In this document: positions 1 to 8,084 of the stretch, piece after piece
How positions within the stretch are numbered: the first letter of the stretch is position 1
How the letters are laid out: each line of letters starts with the position of its first letter
NCBI GenBank assembly: GCA_964563065.1
Contig: CAZLXF010000002.1
Span: forward strand, 1-33,381
Direction of reading: 5' to 3'
DNA: 33,381 nucleotides
Source of the DNA: an uncultured Rikenellaceae bacterium
GTDB lineage: Bacteria > Bacteroidota > Bacteroidia > Bacteroidales > Tenuifilaceae
Notes under the pieces: model-generated
The model's input: only the letters and a program-made list of their open reading frames with translations
What the model was told of the DNA's origin: nothing
Database searches by the model: none
Translations under genes and position numbers: made by a program

Positions 1-127
1 CAAGCAAAACAAACCGATTGGCAACAGGCTTTTTCTGCCTTGCCAAAAGCAGCAAGTAGAAACCATACAGCAGCGAAAAGCAAGCGGTTACTTTTGCTAG
101 GTAGATAAACAAACTAGGAATTACCAT
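1..127 (-). CDS. BlaR1/M56-family signal-transducing peptidase, N-terminal fragment; the gene runs off the window edge
   Basis: My reverse-strand translation from the ATG at 127-125 gives MVIPSLFIYLAKVTACFSLLYGFYLLLLARQKKPVANRFVLL. This is a hydrophobic TM1 followed by an F..NR..LL pattern, typical of M56 BlaR1 N-termini. The start overlaps the blaI 3' end by 14 nt (ATGGTAATTCCTAG), which is the classic blaI-blaR1 arrangement. It is too short to appear in the ORF track. Confidence 0.55.
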   Translation of the reverse strand, partial: MVIPSLFIYLAKVTACFSLLYGFYLLLLARQKKPVANRFVLL

Positions 128-515
128 GGCTATCCTCCTCTCTTCTTTTAATAATTTCCTGCTCCAGCATTGCCTTCATCTCCTCAAGCTCGGTTAGGCT
201 TAAATCGTTATCGGCTGCAAAAAAAGAGGCAAATCGCTTTACTGAGCTATTAAAATGCTTAGCAAGCACATGCTTAAAACCCAGCCGTGCGTAATCCTTA
301 CGGCTAACAACCGGGTAGTACTGATGATTTTTACCATACGCCGTATGGTCCACCATTTCCTTTTGCTCCAAAATTCGCACAATGGTCGATACTGTTGTGT
401 AGGCTGGTTTGGGTTCAGGGAACAGTTCTAAAACATCGCGAACAAAGGCTCGCTCTAGCTTCCACAAGTATTCCATTACTTGCTCTTCGGCTTTGGTTAA
501 CTCTTTCGTTTTCAT
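114..515 (-). CDS. blaI: BlaI/MecI/CopY-family winged-helix transcriptional repressor
   Basis: The 133-aa product begins LTKAEEQVMEYLW...RDVLELFPEPKPAYTTVSTIVRILEQKEMV...YYPVVSRKDY. This is the characteristic penicillinase-repressor wHTH, followed by a C-terminal dimerisation helix. Confidence 0.85.
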   Translation of the reverse strand: MKTKELTKAEEQVMEYLWKLERAFVRDVLELFPEPKPAYTTVSTIVRILEQKEMVDHTAYGKNHQYYPVVSRKDYARLGFKHVLAKHFNSSVKRFASFFAADNDLSLTELEEMKAMLEQEIIKRREEDSHGNS

Positions 516-526
516 ACCACAAATAT

Positions 527-566
527 ATAACTATATTTTATAGTTATGCAACTATTTTTTATAGTT
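527..566. promoter_or_regulatory. Two adjacent palindromes, candidate BlaI operators
   Basis: ATAACTATA-ttt-TATAGTTAT (527-547) is a perfect 9-bp-arm inverted repeat. It is followed by AACTAT-ttttt-ATAGTT (550-566) with the same ACTAT/ATAGT core. The first palindrome begins 12 nt upstream of the blaI ATG, in the blaI/tonB divergent intergenic region. Confidence 0.45.
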
Positions 567-731
567 TTTAATTATATGCCTAAATAACAGGTATTTAAAT
601 TTTAAAATAAAAAGTATTCATATAATGATGCCTTTTTTATGGAATTAGCCCCTCCCTTGCATCATAATTACAAAGGCTGTTACGTTATAGTTAAAAGGCC
701 AGTATTTTCTAACCCCAAAAACCATAAAACT

Positions 732-1415
732 ATGAAAACAAAAAAGAGTAGAAAGGCCGACCTAGAAGGGAAAAAGGTAATCTTTTTTGAAATAGGATTA
801 ATCCTTGCCCTCAGCCTTGCCTTGGCTGCATTCGAATGGCCAAGCAAGGGCGATATAAACCTTCCCGACTTCGTTTTAAAAAATTTGCCTCCACCCGAAG
901 TTGATATTCCTCTGTACATCCCTGAAAAAATAAAAACGCCGCCACCTCCTTCAGTTGCCATTGAAGAAATTATTATCCATGAAGACACGAAGGATCTGGC
1001 TCCTGTTGATCTTAATCCCTTTGATGAGATTAACGAGGAAACCTACAAAAAAATTATTGAATTTGTAAACACCGACGAACCCGAGGTTGACGAAACTATT
1101 GATTTTACAATAATTGAAATAAAACCTACCTTTATGGGAGGCGGGTTCAACCGTTTTAACGAGTGGGTTTTCAGCAACCTTCGTTACCCCGAAGAAGCCA
1201 TTAAAAATGGCATTCAGGGTAGGGTTTACCTTGAGTTTATGATTGACAAAAATGGCAACGTTAAAAATGTTCGTGTTCTCAAGGGTATTGATGCGCTACT
1301 GGATGCTGAGGCAATAAGAGTTGTATCTTCATCGCCCCGTTGGGATCCCGGTTACCAGCGCGACAAGCCGGTAAATGTTATGTTTAAGTTTTCAATTAAT
1401 TTCAGGCTTAGGTAA
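732..1415 (+). CDS. TonB-family energy transducer (N-terminal TM anchor, Pro-rich linker, TonB C-terminal domain)
   Basis: I chose the internal ATG at 732 (MKTKKSRKADLEGKKVIFFEIGLILALSLALAAF = basic N-terminus plus TM). The linker is Pro-rich (LPPPEVDIPLYIPEKIKTPPPPS). The C-terminus reads KPTFMGGGFNRFNEWVFSNLRYPEEAIKNGIQGRVYLEFMIDKNGNV.NVRVLKG...LDAEAIRVV.SSPRWDPG, which is a TonB_C signature. Confidence 0.8.
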   Translation: MKTKKSRKADLEGKKVIFFEIGLILALSLALAAFEWPSKGDINLPDFVLKNLPPPEVDIPLYIPEKIKTPPPPSVAIEEIIIHEDTKDLAPVDLNPFDEINEETYKKIIEFVNTDEPEVDETIDFTIIEIKPTFMGGGFNRFNEWVFSNLRYPEEAIKNGIQGRVYLEFMIDKNGNVKNVRVLKGIDALLDAEAIRVVSSSPRWDPGYQRDKPVNVMFKFSINFRLR

Positions 1416-1449
1416 TCAAGTAAATAAAATTGATTAACACGAAAACTTT

Positions 1450-1477
1450 CCCGACCATCACGCGTCGGGATTTTTTT
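1450..1477 (+). terminator. Rho-independent terminator after the TonB-like gene
   Basis: Stem CCCGAC (1450-1455) pairs with GTCGGG (1464-1469), followed by a T7 run (1471-1477). Confidence 0.6.
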
Positions 1478-1605
1478 AGGTGTTATACTATTAATAAACA
1501 ACATTTTAAAAACAAATATTCGCTTGTTTTTAAAAGGGTAACAAGTAATGCATATATTTTTGAAAACTTAACATTCATAAAATTGGCTTTTGAACCAGAG
1601 ATTGC

Positions 1606-1613
1606 TAATTTTG
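1606..1613 (+). promoter_or_regulatory. Bacteroidota -7 box (TAnnTTTG)
   Basis: TAATTTTG lies 14 nt upstream of the ATG at 1628. Confidence 0.3.
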
Positions 1614-1627
1614 TTAGAAGATACAAC

Positions 1628-2707
1628 ATGGCAAAAAAACTGGTAAAAACCGAAAATCCGCTCAGCCAGATTAAACTCAGCAGGGCTATTTATCCAATAA
1701 TTATTGGACTGGGAGTTGTTGGCTACATGTTCTATCGAGAGTTTAACCCCGAGGCACTTACCCTACTTAACTTAACCGGATGGAGTTTCGTATGGATACT
1801 CGTTGCAATAACCCTAATGGCATTTCGCGATATTGGTTACATTATTCGCTTAATGCTACTTTCCGAAGGAAAACTTACCTTGAGGCAGGCGTTTAGAGTA
1901 ATTATGCTTTGGGAATTCACATCAGCAATTACTCCCTCGGCCATTGGAGGAACCAGCGTTGCCATTTTATACATAAACAAGGAAGGTCTTAGCGTAGGTC
2001 GCAGTTCTGCAGTAGTTATGGCCACGTCGTTACTCGATGAACTATACTTCATTCTAATGTTCCCACTGTTGCTCATTCTGGTTAAGGCAAAGGTTTTGTT
2101 TGGCATTAGCGGAATAGAGGGTGAAATGTCGTTCTCAAACGAACTTTTTCTCTTCGCAATTGTAGGCTACAGCCTAAAATTAATATACGTACTAATTCTT
2201 TCGTACGGGCTCTTTTTCAACCCTCGGGGGCTGAAATGGCTTATCCTAATGATTTTCAAACTCCCAATCCTCCGAAGGTGGAAGTACGATGCAAACGATG
2301 CAGGAACTGAAATTATTGAGAACTCGAAAGATTTTAAAAAGAAATCGCTTTCGTTTTGGCTAAAAGCGTTTGGTGCCACCATACTTTCGTGGACCTCACG
2401 CTACTGGGTTGTAAACGCATTGTTACTTTCGTTTTTTGCAGTTTCCGACCACTTCCTAATATTTGCTCGCCAGCTGGTAATGTGGATAATGATGCTGGTT
2501 AGTCCAACTCCCGGTGGCAGCGGCTTTGCCGAATTTGTTTTTAAAAGGTACCTTGGCGAGTTCATTCCTGTTGATGCGGCTTCACTGGGTGCAGTAGCCA
2601 TAGCCCTGGCCCTAGTTTGGCGACTCGCCACCTATTACCCGTACCTTATTGCCGGAGTTATTATTTTTCCGAGGTGGGTAAAAGCTAAATTTGGAAAGAA
2701 AACGTAA
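1628..2707 (+). CDS. Flippase-like / lysylphosphatidylglycerol-synthase-TM-region (UPF0104) family membrane protein
   Basis: I chose the start at MAKKLVKTENPL, because the upstream part of the ORF crosses the terminator and promoter region. The protein is polytopic, with the family-typical SPTPGGSGFAEF motif and a basic C-terminus. Confidence 0.7.
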   Translation: MAKKLVKTENPLSQIKLSRAIYPIIIGLGVVGYMFYREFNPEALTLLNLTGWSFVWILVAITLMAFRDIGYIIRLMLLSEGKLTLRQAFRVIMLWEFTSAITPSAIGGTSVAILYINKEGLSVGRSSAVVMATSLLDELYFILMFPLLLILVKAKVLFGISGIEGEMSFSNELFLFAIVGYSLKLIYVLILSYGLFFNPRGLKWLILMIFKLPILRRWKYDANDAGTEIIENSKDFKKKSLSFWLKAFGATILSWTSRYWVVNALLLSFFAVSDHFLIFARQLVMWIMMLVSPTPGGSGFAEFVFKRYLGEFIPVDAASLGAVAIALALVWRLATYYPYLIAGVIIFPRWVKAKFGKKT

Positions 2708-2735
2708 AAAACCCACAAACCGGTTGGCTTGTGGG
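2706..2735. terminator. Hairpin between convergent genes; likely the purQ terminator and possibly bidirectional
   Basis: CCCACAA (2712-2718) pairs with TTGTGGG (2729-2735). The A6 run at 2706-2711 becomes a U-run on the minus-strand transcript. Confidence 0.5.
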
Positions 2736-2759
2736 TAATTGTGTTTTTATAAATAAGGA

Positions 2760-3458
2760 CTAACCTTTTTCTTTAATAAACTTAATAAGCGATTCAAAAA
2801 TCAACCTTCCATCGGTATTTCCAAGCTCATCGTCGGCAGCTCGCTCGGGATGAGGCATCATACCAAAAACGTTGAAATTATCGTTGCAAACCCCAGCAAT
2901 ATTCTCCAACGATCCGTTAGGGTTAACTGACTCTGAAATTCCGCCATTCTCATCGCAGTAACGGAAAAGAATTTGACCATTAATTCTCATTACCGCAAGA
3001 ATTTCCTTGTCGGCATAGTAACGACCCTCGCCATGGGCAATAGGAATTTTTAGCGCTCTGTTTCGTGGTAAAAAAGCCGTTGGTGCTGCTGTTTTGCTAT
3101 CGGGAAGTATGAAAACATTTTTACACTCAAATTTTTGGCTGTTGTTATGAAGCAATGCACCTGGCAACAAACCAGCTTCACAAAGAATCTGGAAACCGTT
3201 GCATACTCCAAAAACATATCCACCAGCATTGGCAAACTCAATTACCTTGTCCATTATTGGCGAGAAACGTGCAAGAGCACCTGAGCGCAGATAATCTCCA
3301 TACGAGAACCCACCGGGCAACACAACTACATCAACGCCTTGCAGATCGGTATCCTTGTGCCAAAGTTCAACCACATCTTGCTCCATTATGTTGCGAAGCA
3401 CATAAATCATGTCGTGATCGCAGTTGGAACCTGGGAAAATCACCACTCCAAACTTCAT
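2760..3458 (-). CDS. purQ: Phosphoribosylformylglycinamidine synthase subunit PurQ (glutaminase)
   Basis: From the internal ATG the product reads MKFGVVIFPGSNCDHD...LPGGFSYGDYLRSGA...GVCNGFQIL.EAGLLPGAL...IPIAHGEGRY...NPNGS...IAG...GMMPHPER. This is a class-I amidotransferase with the PurQ-specific pattern. Confidence 0.93.
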   Translation of the reverse strand: MKFGVVIFPGSNCDHDMIYVLRNIMEQDVVELWHKDTDLQGVDVVVLPGGFSYGDYLRSGALARFSPIMDKVIEFANAGGYVFGVCNGFQILCEAGLLPGALLHNNSQKFECKNVFILPDSKTAAPTAFLPRNRALKIPIAHGEGRYYADKEILAVMRINGQILFRYCDENGGISESVNPNGSLENIAGVCNDNFNVFGMMPHPERAADDELGNTDGRLIFESLIKFIKEKG

Positions 3459-3482
3459 ATTTCCTAGTATAAATGATTTGCC

Positions 3483-3490
3483 CAAAGATA
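3483..3490 (-). promoter_or_regulatory. Bacteroidota -7 box for purQ
   Basis: The minus strand reads TATCTTTG, 25 nt upstream of the purQ ATG. Confidence 0.35.
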
Positions 3491-3774
3491 GAGATAAAAT
3501 AAATTTATGCAAGCAACAAAATACTCCTTTCTTAAGGGCATAATTCCTTAACAGCTTACAAATTCGCATTTAGTTATTCTTTCAAAAACCCAATTTTTTT
3601 TATCTAAACCAACTACTCTAACGCTCACGATTTTCATGTATTTGTTTATCTGGTACTTAACAAGCATATATGGCTTCAAAAACCAGCTTAATAACATATT
3701 CAAAACATTTAATTTTGTTACAAAATATTGGCTTTAGCTACTATTTTCGCAGCCAAATTTTAAAGTCTGAATCG

Positions 3775-4545
3775 ATGCGGGCTGTGTACATTTCAGTTTT
3801 GGCTGTGTTTTTTTTCGTTCATCCACTCTACCCGAGTGAAACTGAAAAAAAATCGCCTCTAACCGAGCCATCGGAGAAAATTCATATGGCATCGGATTCG
3901 CTGAAATTTGATATTTCGGCCGACTTTCGCTCACGGCACATATGGCGTGGCAGCCTCACATGCAGCGCATGGAACATTCAGCCCACCATGAATCTTAGCT
4001 CTTCAAACTTCCTAATTGGTGCTTGGGGTGCCTACACTGTTGACAACAGCTATACCGAGTTCGATCTTTACGCATCGTATACTTTTAAACGTTTTACCAT
4101 TGCTGTGCTCGACTATTTTTGCCCAAGCGAAACCGTTAGGTTCAACCATCTTTTCAACTTCAACAACAAAACAACAAAGCATACACTCGACGCAGTAATT
4201 AGCTACAACGGAACCGAAAAGTTTCCTTTTAGCATTTCGGCATCAACTCTCTTCTTTGGCGATGATAAAAACCCAAATACTGGAAATAACTACTTTTCAA
4301 CCTATATTGAAGCAAACTATAAATGGGAAATTTCCGAACTACTTAAAACCGATTTTCATGTTGGGTTCACCCCTTTCGAGGGCTACTACTCAACCGGGGC
4401 AAACGTGGTTAACTGTGGCTTGTCGGTTACTCAAAACCTGCGAGTTACATCAAATTTTACGATTCCAATTAACGGAAAACTTATAGTTAACCCTAACACG
4501 GAGAATGTTTTCTTTGTATTCGGTTTTACGCTGGGGTATCAGTAG
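3775..4545 (+). CDS. Secreted protein, probably an outer-membrane beta-barrel (TorF/Gcw_chp-like pattern; weak call)
   Basis: I chose the start at MRAVYISVLAVFFFVHPLY, which looks like a signal peptide. The body has alternating aromatic/polar beta-strand texture. The segment FRSRHIWRGS...NIQPTMNL....IGAWGAY......TEFDLYASY resembles TorF-family putative porins. A TAATTTTG box lies at 3710-3717. Confidence 0.6.
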   Translation: MRAVYISVLAVFFFVHPLYPSETEKKSPLTEPSEKIHMASDSLKFDISADFRSRHIWRGSLTCSAWNIQPTMNLSSSNFLIGAWGAYTVDNSYTEFDLYASYTFKRFTIAVLDYFCPSETVRFNHLFNFNNKTTKHTLDAVISYNGTEKFPFSISASTLFFGDDKNPNTGNNYFSTYIEANYKWEISELLKTDFHVGFTPFEGYYSTGANVVNCGLSVTQNLRVTSNFTIPINGKLIVNPNTENVFFVFGFTLGYQ

Positions 4546-4825
4546 TATTTCCAACAAAAAAATTATTTTCTTTTTGTCCTCCAAAATTAAATAACATAAG
4601 CCACCAATCACTTTCTTACATTTATTTATCGAACATTACCTCCTTTTCCCTCTTCATAACCATAAAAAAGCTTTTTAAACTTTGCAGATTAGCAAAGTAT
4701 TTATATTTTTAGCAAGTTAATTTAACACGAAATGCCAACGAGTTTGTTTGATTCTTTGGTGTTTTGGTTATTTATTTTTTTATCAAACTTAAAGATAATC
4801 AAGTAGAAAACACTTAGAGCCATCT

Positions 4826-5665
4826 ATGATAATTACAGATCAGGATCTTCAATACTTTGTTAGTGCTCTTAAAAATTCTTCTAAGTACGACTTTAGCGAG
4901 TACTCCGACAAGTCGCTAAAGCGTAGGCTGCAGAAGGTTTTAGAAGATTTTAATCTTGATATCACGGGACTTATCTCGGCTCTTCGTAACGACAGTGACT
5001 TTTCAGAGAAAATTGTTAAAGAAATTACCGTAAACACCACCGAACTGTTTCGTGACCCACAGGTTTGGCACACGCTACGTTCACGAATTCTACCTCGTTT
5101 CAAGAACAACAAAACCATTAACATTTGGCATGCTGGGTGCTCAACTGGCCAGGAGGTTTACTCCATGATGATTCTCCTGAACGAGATGGGAATGTTTGAC
5201 AAAGCAAAAATTTTTGCATCGGACCTAAACACCGATGTGCTTGAAGCAGCCAAAAAAGGACTTTACAAATACCGTTTCAACATTGGGTATCTCGATAATT
5301 TCGACAAGGTTATTAAGCAAAACCCGCTAAACTACGAAGAGTTTAACGATGTTCCCTACGAAACCTACTTCGATATCGATAAGGTTAGGGATGCCATAAC
5401 CATGAAAAAGTTTTTAACCGAAAAGCCCATTTTCAGAAAACACGATTTGGTAAAGGATGGGAACCTATTCTTCGCCAAATTCGACCTCATTCTGTGCAGA
5501 AACGTAATAATCTACTTTAACTACTCGTTGCAAAACAAAGTATTTGAACTTTTCCACACAAATCTCTACAACAAAGGGGTTCTGCTGCTTGGGATGCACG
5601 AAACAATACTTGGACCATGGGCTGCAAAGTTCGATAAAATGGGGCAAGCTTACATTAAAAAATAA
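4826..5665 (+). CDS. cheR: CheR-type protein-glutamate O-methyltransferase (motifs intact)
   Basis: The N-terminal helical domain reads YDFSEYSDKSLKRRL...TELFRDPQVW. Motif I is INIWHAGCSTGQEVYS, post-I is ASDLNTDVLEAAKKGLY, and CRNVIIYFN is present. Confidence 0.88.
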   Translation: MIITDQDLQYFVSALKNSSKYDFSEYSDKSLKRRLQKVLEDFNLDITGLISALRNDSDFSEKIVKEITVNTTELFRDPQVWHTLRSRILPRFKNNKTINIWHAGCSTGQEVYSMMILLNEMGMFDKAKIFASDLNTDVLEAAKKGLYKYRFNIGYLDNFDKVIKQNPLNYEEFNDVPYETYFDIDKVRDAITMKKFLTEKPIFRKHDLVKDGNLFFAKFDLILCRNVIIYFNYSLQNKVFELFHTNLYNKGVLLLGMHETILGPWAAKFDKMGQAYIKK

Positions 5666-5690
5666 TTTGGCAGTTTAATTAGTTATAGGC

Positions 5691-8060
5691 ATGAAGTTTT
5701 TAAAAAACATGAGCATAAATCGAAAAATTCAACTGGTTGTTGTTTCCCTGCTGGTTGTTCTCTTTGCTGCTTCTGCCATTGTAGTTTACTCAACTTCCTC
5801 CAAGCAATCAAAAGCCACTGTTGACAAGCAAATGATGCTGTACCTAAACCAACTTGACAACATAATTACACTGATTGAAAGGAATACCGAAACGGGCTTC
5901 AACCACAACGACTACATACAAATTAAACCGTACTTTAGCCAAAACCCATATTTTAAAACTGACTTCCCGTTTCTTATCGATATTTCTGGAAATTATCTGA
6001 TTCATCTATACAAAGAGGGGCAGAAATTCCCTCGCGAGCACCTAAAAGAAATGCTCACAAATCCTGAAAAGAAGGGAGTTATTACCTACGAAGAATACAA
6101 GAATTCGCAACGATATCAAGTTTCTCTCTACTTCAAAAAAATTGAGCCCTACAACTCATTCATTGCGGTTCCAGTAAACCAGCAGGAAACCTCATCTGCT
6201 TTAAGCAAAACCTTACTTCTTCTTATTATTCTAGTAATTGCTAGTTCACTAATATCCTTCTACGTAATACGAATAACCCTAAAACCATTCATGCTAGCAA
6301 TTGCTAAAATTAGCAATAATGTTGCACAACTGTCTAAAGGCCAAATAGCTTCTAAAGTAAGCCATTCGCACAACGACGAAGTAGGGCAAATAACGCAATA
6401 TCTTAACCAACTTATTGACGGAATTCAACGAACAACACACTTTGCGAAGAGCATAGGTAAAAACGAGCTGGATGTTGAGTTTATTCCCCTCAGCGAAAAC
6501 GATGAACTTGGAAACTCGTTGCTCGAATTGAAAAATGGCATGCTAAAAACAGCAAAGGAAAGCGAACAGCGAAAACAACAGGACGAACAACGAAACTGGA
6601 GCACCTCGGGAATTGCCAAGTTTGGCGACATACTACGTCAAAACAACAACAACCTGCAACTGCTTTCCGATAGCGTTATCCAAAACCTTGTAAACTACCT
6701 TGATGCTAACCAAGGGGGCTTGTTCATGCTTAACGAATCTGACAATAACAAACCATTCTTAGAACTCATTTCGGCCTTTGCCTTCAACCGGAAAAAAACC
6801 AAAACAAAAACCATTCTTTTGGGAGAAGGGCTAGTAGGAAATTGTGCTGTTGAAAAGCAATCCATTTACCTAAAAGAGATTCCCGAAGATTACATTGAAA
6901 TAACTTCTGGATTAGGCGATGCGCCTCCACGTTCGCTTTTAATTGTTCCTCTCAAACTTGAAGAAAAATTATTTGGAGTAATTGAGTTGGCCTCGTTTAA
7001 AGAGTTCCAGCCCCACGAAATAGAGTTCGTTGAAATTATTGGAGAAAGCATCGCCTCTACCCTCTCGGCTGTAAAAAACAACATCCGAACAAACGAGCTA
7101 CTAGAGCAATCGCAGCAACAACGCGAAGAAATGGCCGCTCAGGAGGAAGAAATGCGACAGAACATGGAGGAAATGCAGGCCACACAGGAAGAAATGGCTC
7201 GTAAAACCCTCGAAATGGAGGGTATGACTGCTGCCATTAACGAATCGCTCATTTTTGCCGAACTATCCGACGATGGCAACTTCCATATGGCTAATCCTAA
7301 CTTTATTAGCCTCACTGGCTATGGGAAAACAGAAATTGAAAGCAAGCGTATATCCGACTTTCTTCACCCCGAGGAAGCTGCAAACTTCCAAAAAGTATGG
7401 AAAAACATACTTACGGGCGAGCCATTTAAGGGAACTCTCAAGTGGATTAACCATAGCGATGAAGAAATTTATGTGCTAGCAAGTTTAAGTCCTGCCTTCG
7501 ACGAAAGTGGCCGCATTTTTAAAATATTCTTTCTAGGGCAAGATGTTAGCGAATCGAAAAAGCTTGAATTAAAAGCTCAGGCCCAAGCCGAAGAGATTGA
7601 ACAGAGCCTTATGGAGCTGGAAATGGAACAGGAGCTTTCCAAACAACGCGAACAAGAAATGGATGCCTTGCTTCAGGCGCTGGACACAACCTGCCTTGTA
7701 ACACAATTCGATCCGGATGGTCGCATAACATACATCAACAATAAGAATGTGGAAACCCTGGGTGATCCGAAAAGTAAAATCGAAGGGAAATTCCATGCCG
7801 AACTCGACCTACAGGCAAAAAGCAACCCTCAAGGGTACAAACAGTTCTGGGACGATCTGCTCCTTGGCATTCAGAAAATTAGGGAGTTTTCGCTTGATGT
7901 TAGCGGTAAAACTGTGTGGATATCAGAACACTATACTCCCATCAAAAACAAAGAGGGGAAAGTTATTAAAATTATAAATATTGGTATTGATATTTCTGCC
8001 TCAAAAGAAACAGAAAAAAAACTAAGAGAAGCTGTTAACGCTTTAAAGAAGGAGAAGTAA
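5691..8060 (+). CDS. Membrane sensor with no recognisable output domain: TM, extracytoplasmic domain, TM, HAMP, GAF, EE-heptad coiled coil, PAS, coiled coil, PAS
   Basis: Two TM segments (about residues 13-33 and 174-194) flank a region of about 140 aa. A HAMP-like segment follows (KPFMLAIAKISNNVAQLS...EVGQITQYLNQLIDGI). The GAF domain contains GLVGNCAVEKQSIYL...LLIVPLKLEEKLFGVIELASF. The coiled coil reads EEMAAQEEEMRQNMEEMQATQEEMARK. Two PAS-like modules follow. The protein ends without a kinase, MCP-signalling, cyclase or phosphatase domain. Confidence 0.8.
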   Translation: MKFLKNMSINRKIQLVVVSLLVVLFAASAIVVYSTSSKQSKATVDKQMMLYLNQLDNIITLIERNTETGFNHNDYIQIKPYFSQNPYFKTDFPFLIDISGNYLIHLYKEGQKFPREHLKEMLTNPEKKGVITYEEYKNSQRYQVSLYFKKIEPYNSFIAVPVNQQETSSALSKTLLLLIILVIASSLISFYVIRITLKPFMLAIAKISNNVAQLSKGQIASKVSHSHNDEVGQITQYLNQLIDGIQRTTHFAKSIGKNELDVEFIPLSENDELGNSLLELKNGMLKTAKESEQRKQQDEQRNWSTSGIAKFGDILRQNNNNLQLLSDSVIQNLVNYLDANQGGLFMLNESDNNKPFLELISAFAFNRKKTKTKTILLGEGLVGNCAVEKQSIYLKEIPEDYIEITSGLGDAPPRSLLIVPLKLEEKLFGVIELASFKEFQPHEIEFVEIIGESIASTLSAVKNNIRTNELLEQSQQQREEMAAQEEEMRQNMEEMQATQEEMARKTLEMEGMTAAINESLIFAELSDDGNFHMANPNFISLTGYGKTEIESKRISDFLHPEEAANFQKVWKNILTGEPFKGTLKWINHSDEEIYVLASLSPAFDESGRIFKIFFLGQDVSESKKLELKAQAQAEEIEQSLMELEMEQELSKQREQEMDALLQALDTTCLVTQFDPDGRITYINNKNVETLGDPKSKIEGKFHAELDLQAKSNPQGYKQFWDDLLLGIQKIREFSLDVSGKTVWISEHYTPIKNKEGKVIKIINIGIDISASKETEKKLREAVNALKKEK

Positions 8061-8084
8061 GGCAAAGTTTCAGACTACAAAGAA

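Noticed and set aside
639-731. N-terminal extensions given by the ORF track for several genes: 639-731, 1430-1627, 3459-3569, 3670-3774, 20368-20469 and 32036-32062.
   Set aside because: The extensions cross terminators, promoter boxes or neighbouring genes, and they lack homology-like sequence. Internal ATGs give canonical N-termini, such as a signal peptide, MKFGVVIFPGS for PurQ, or a basic-plus-TM start for TonB.
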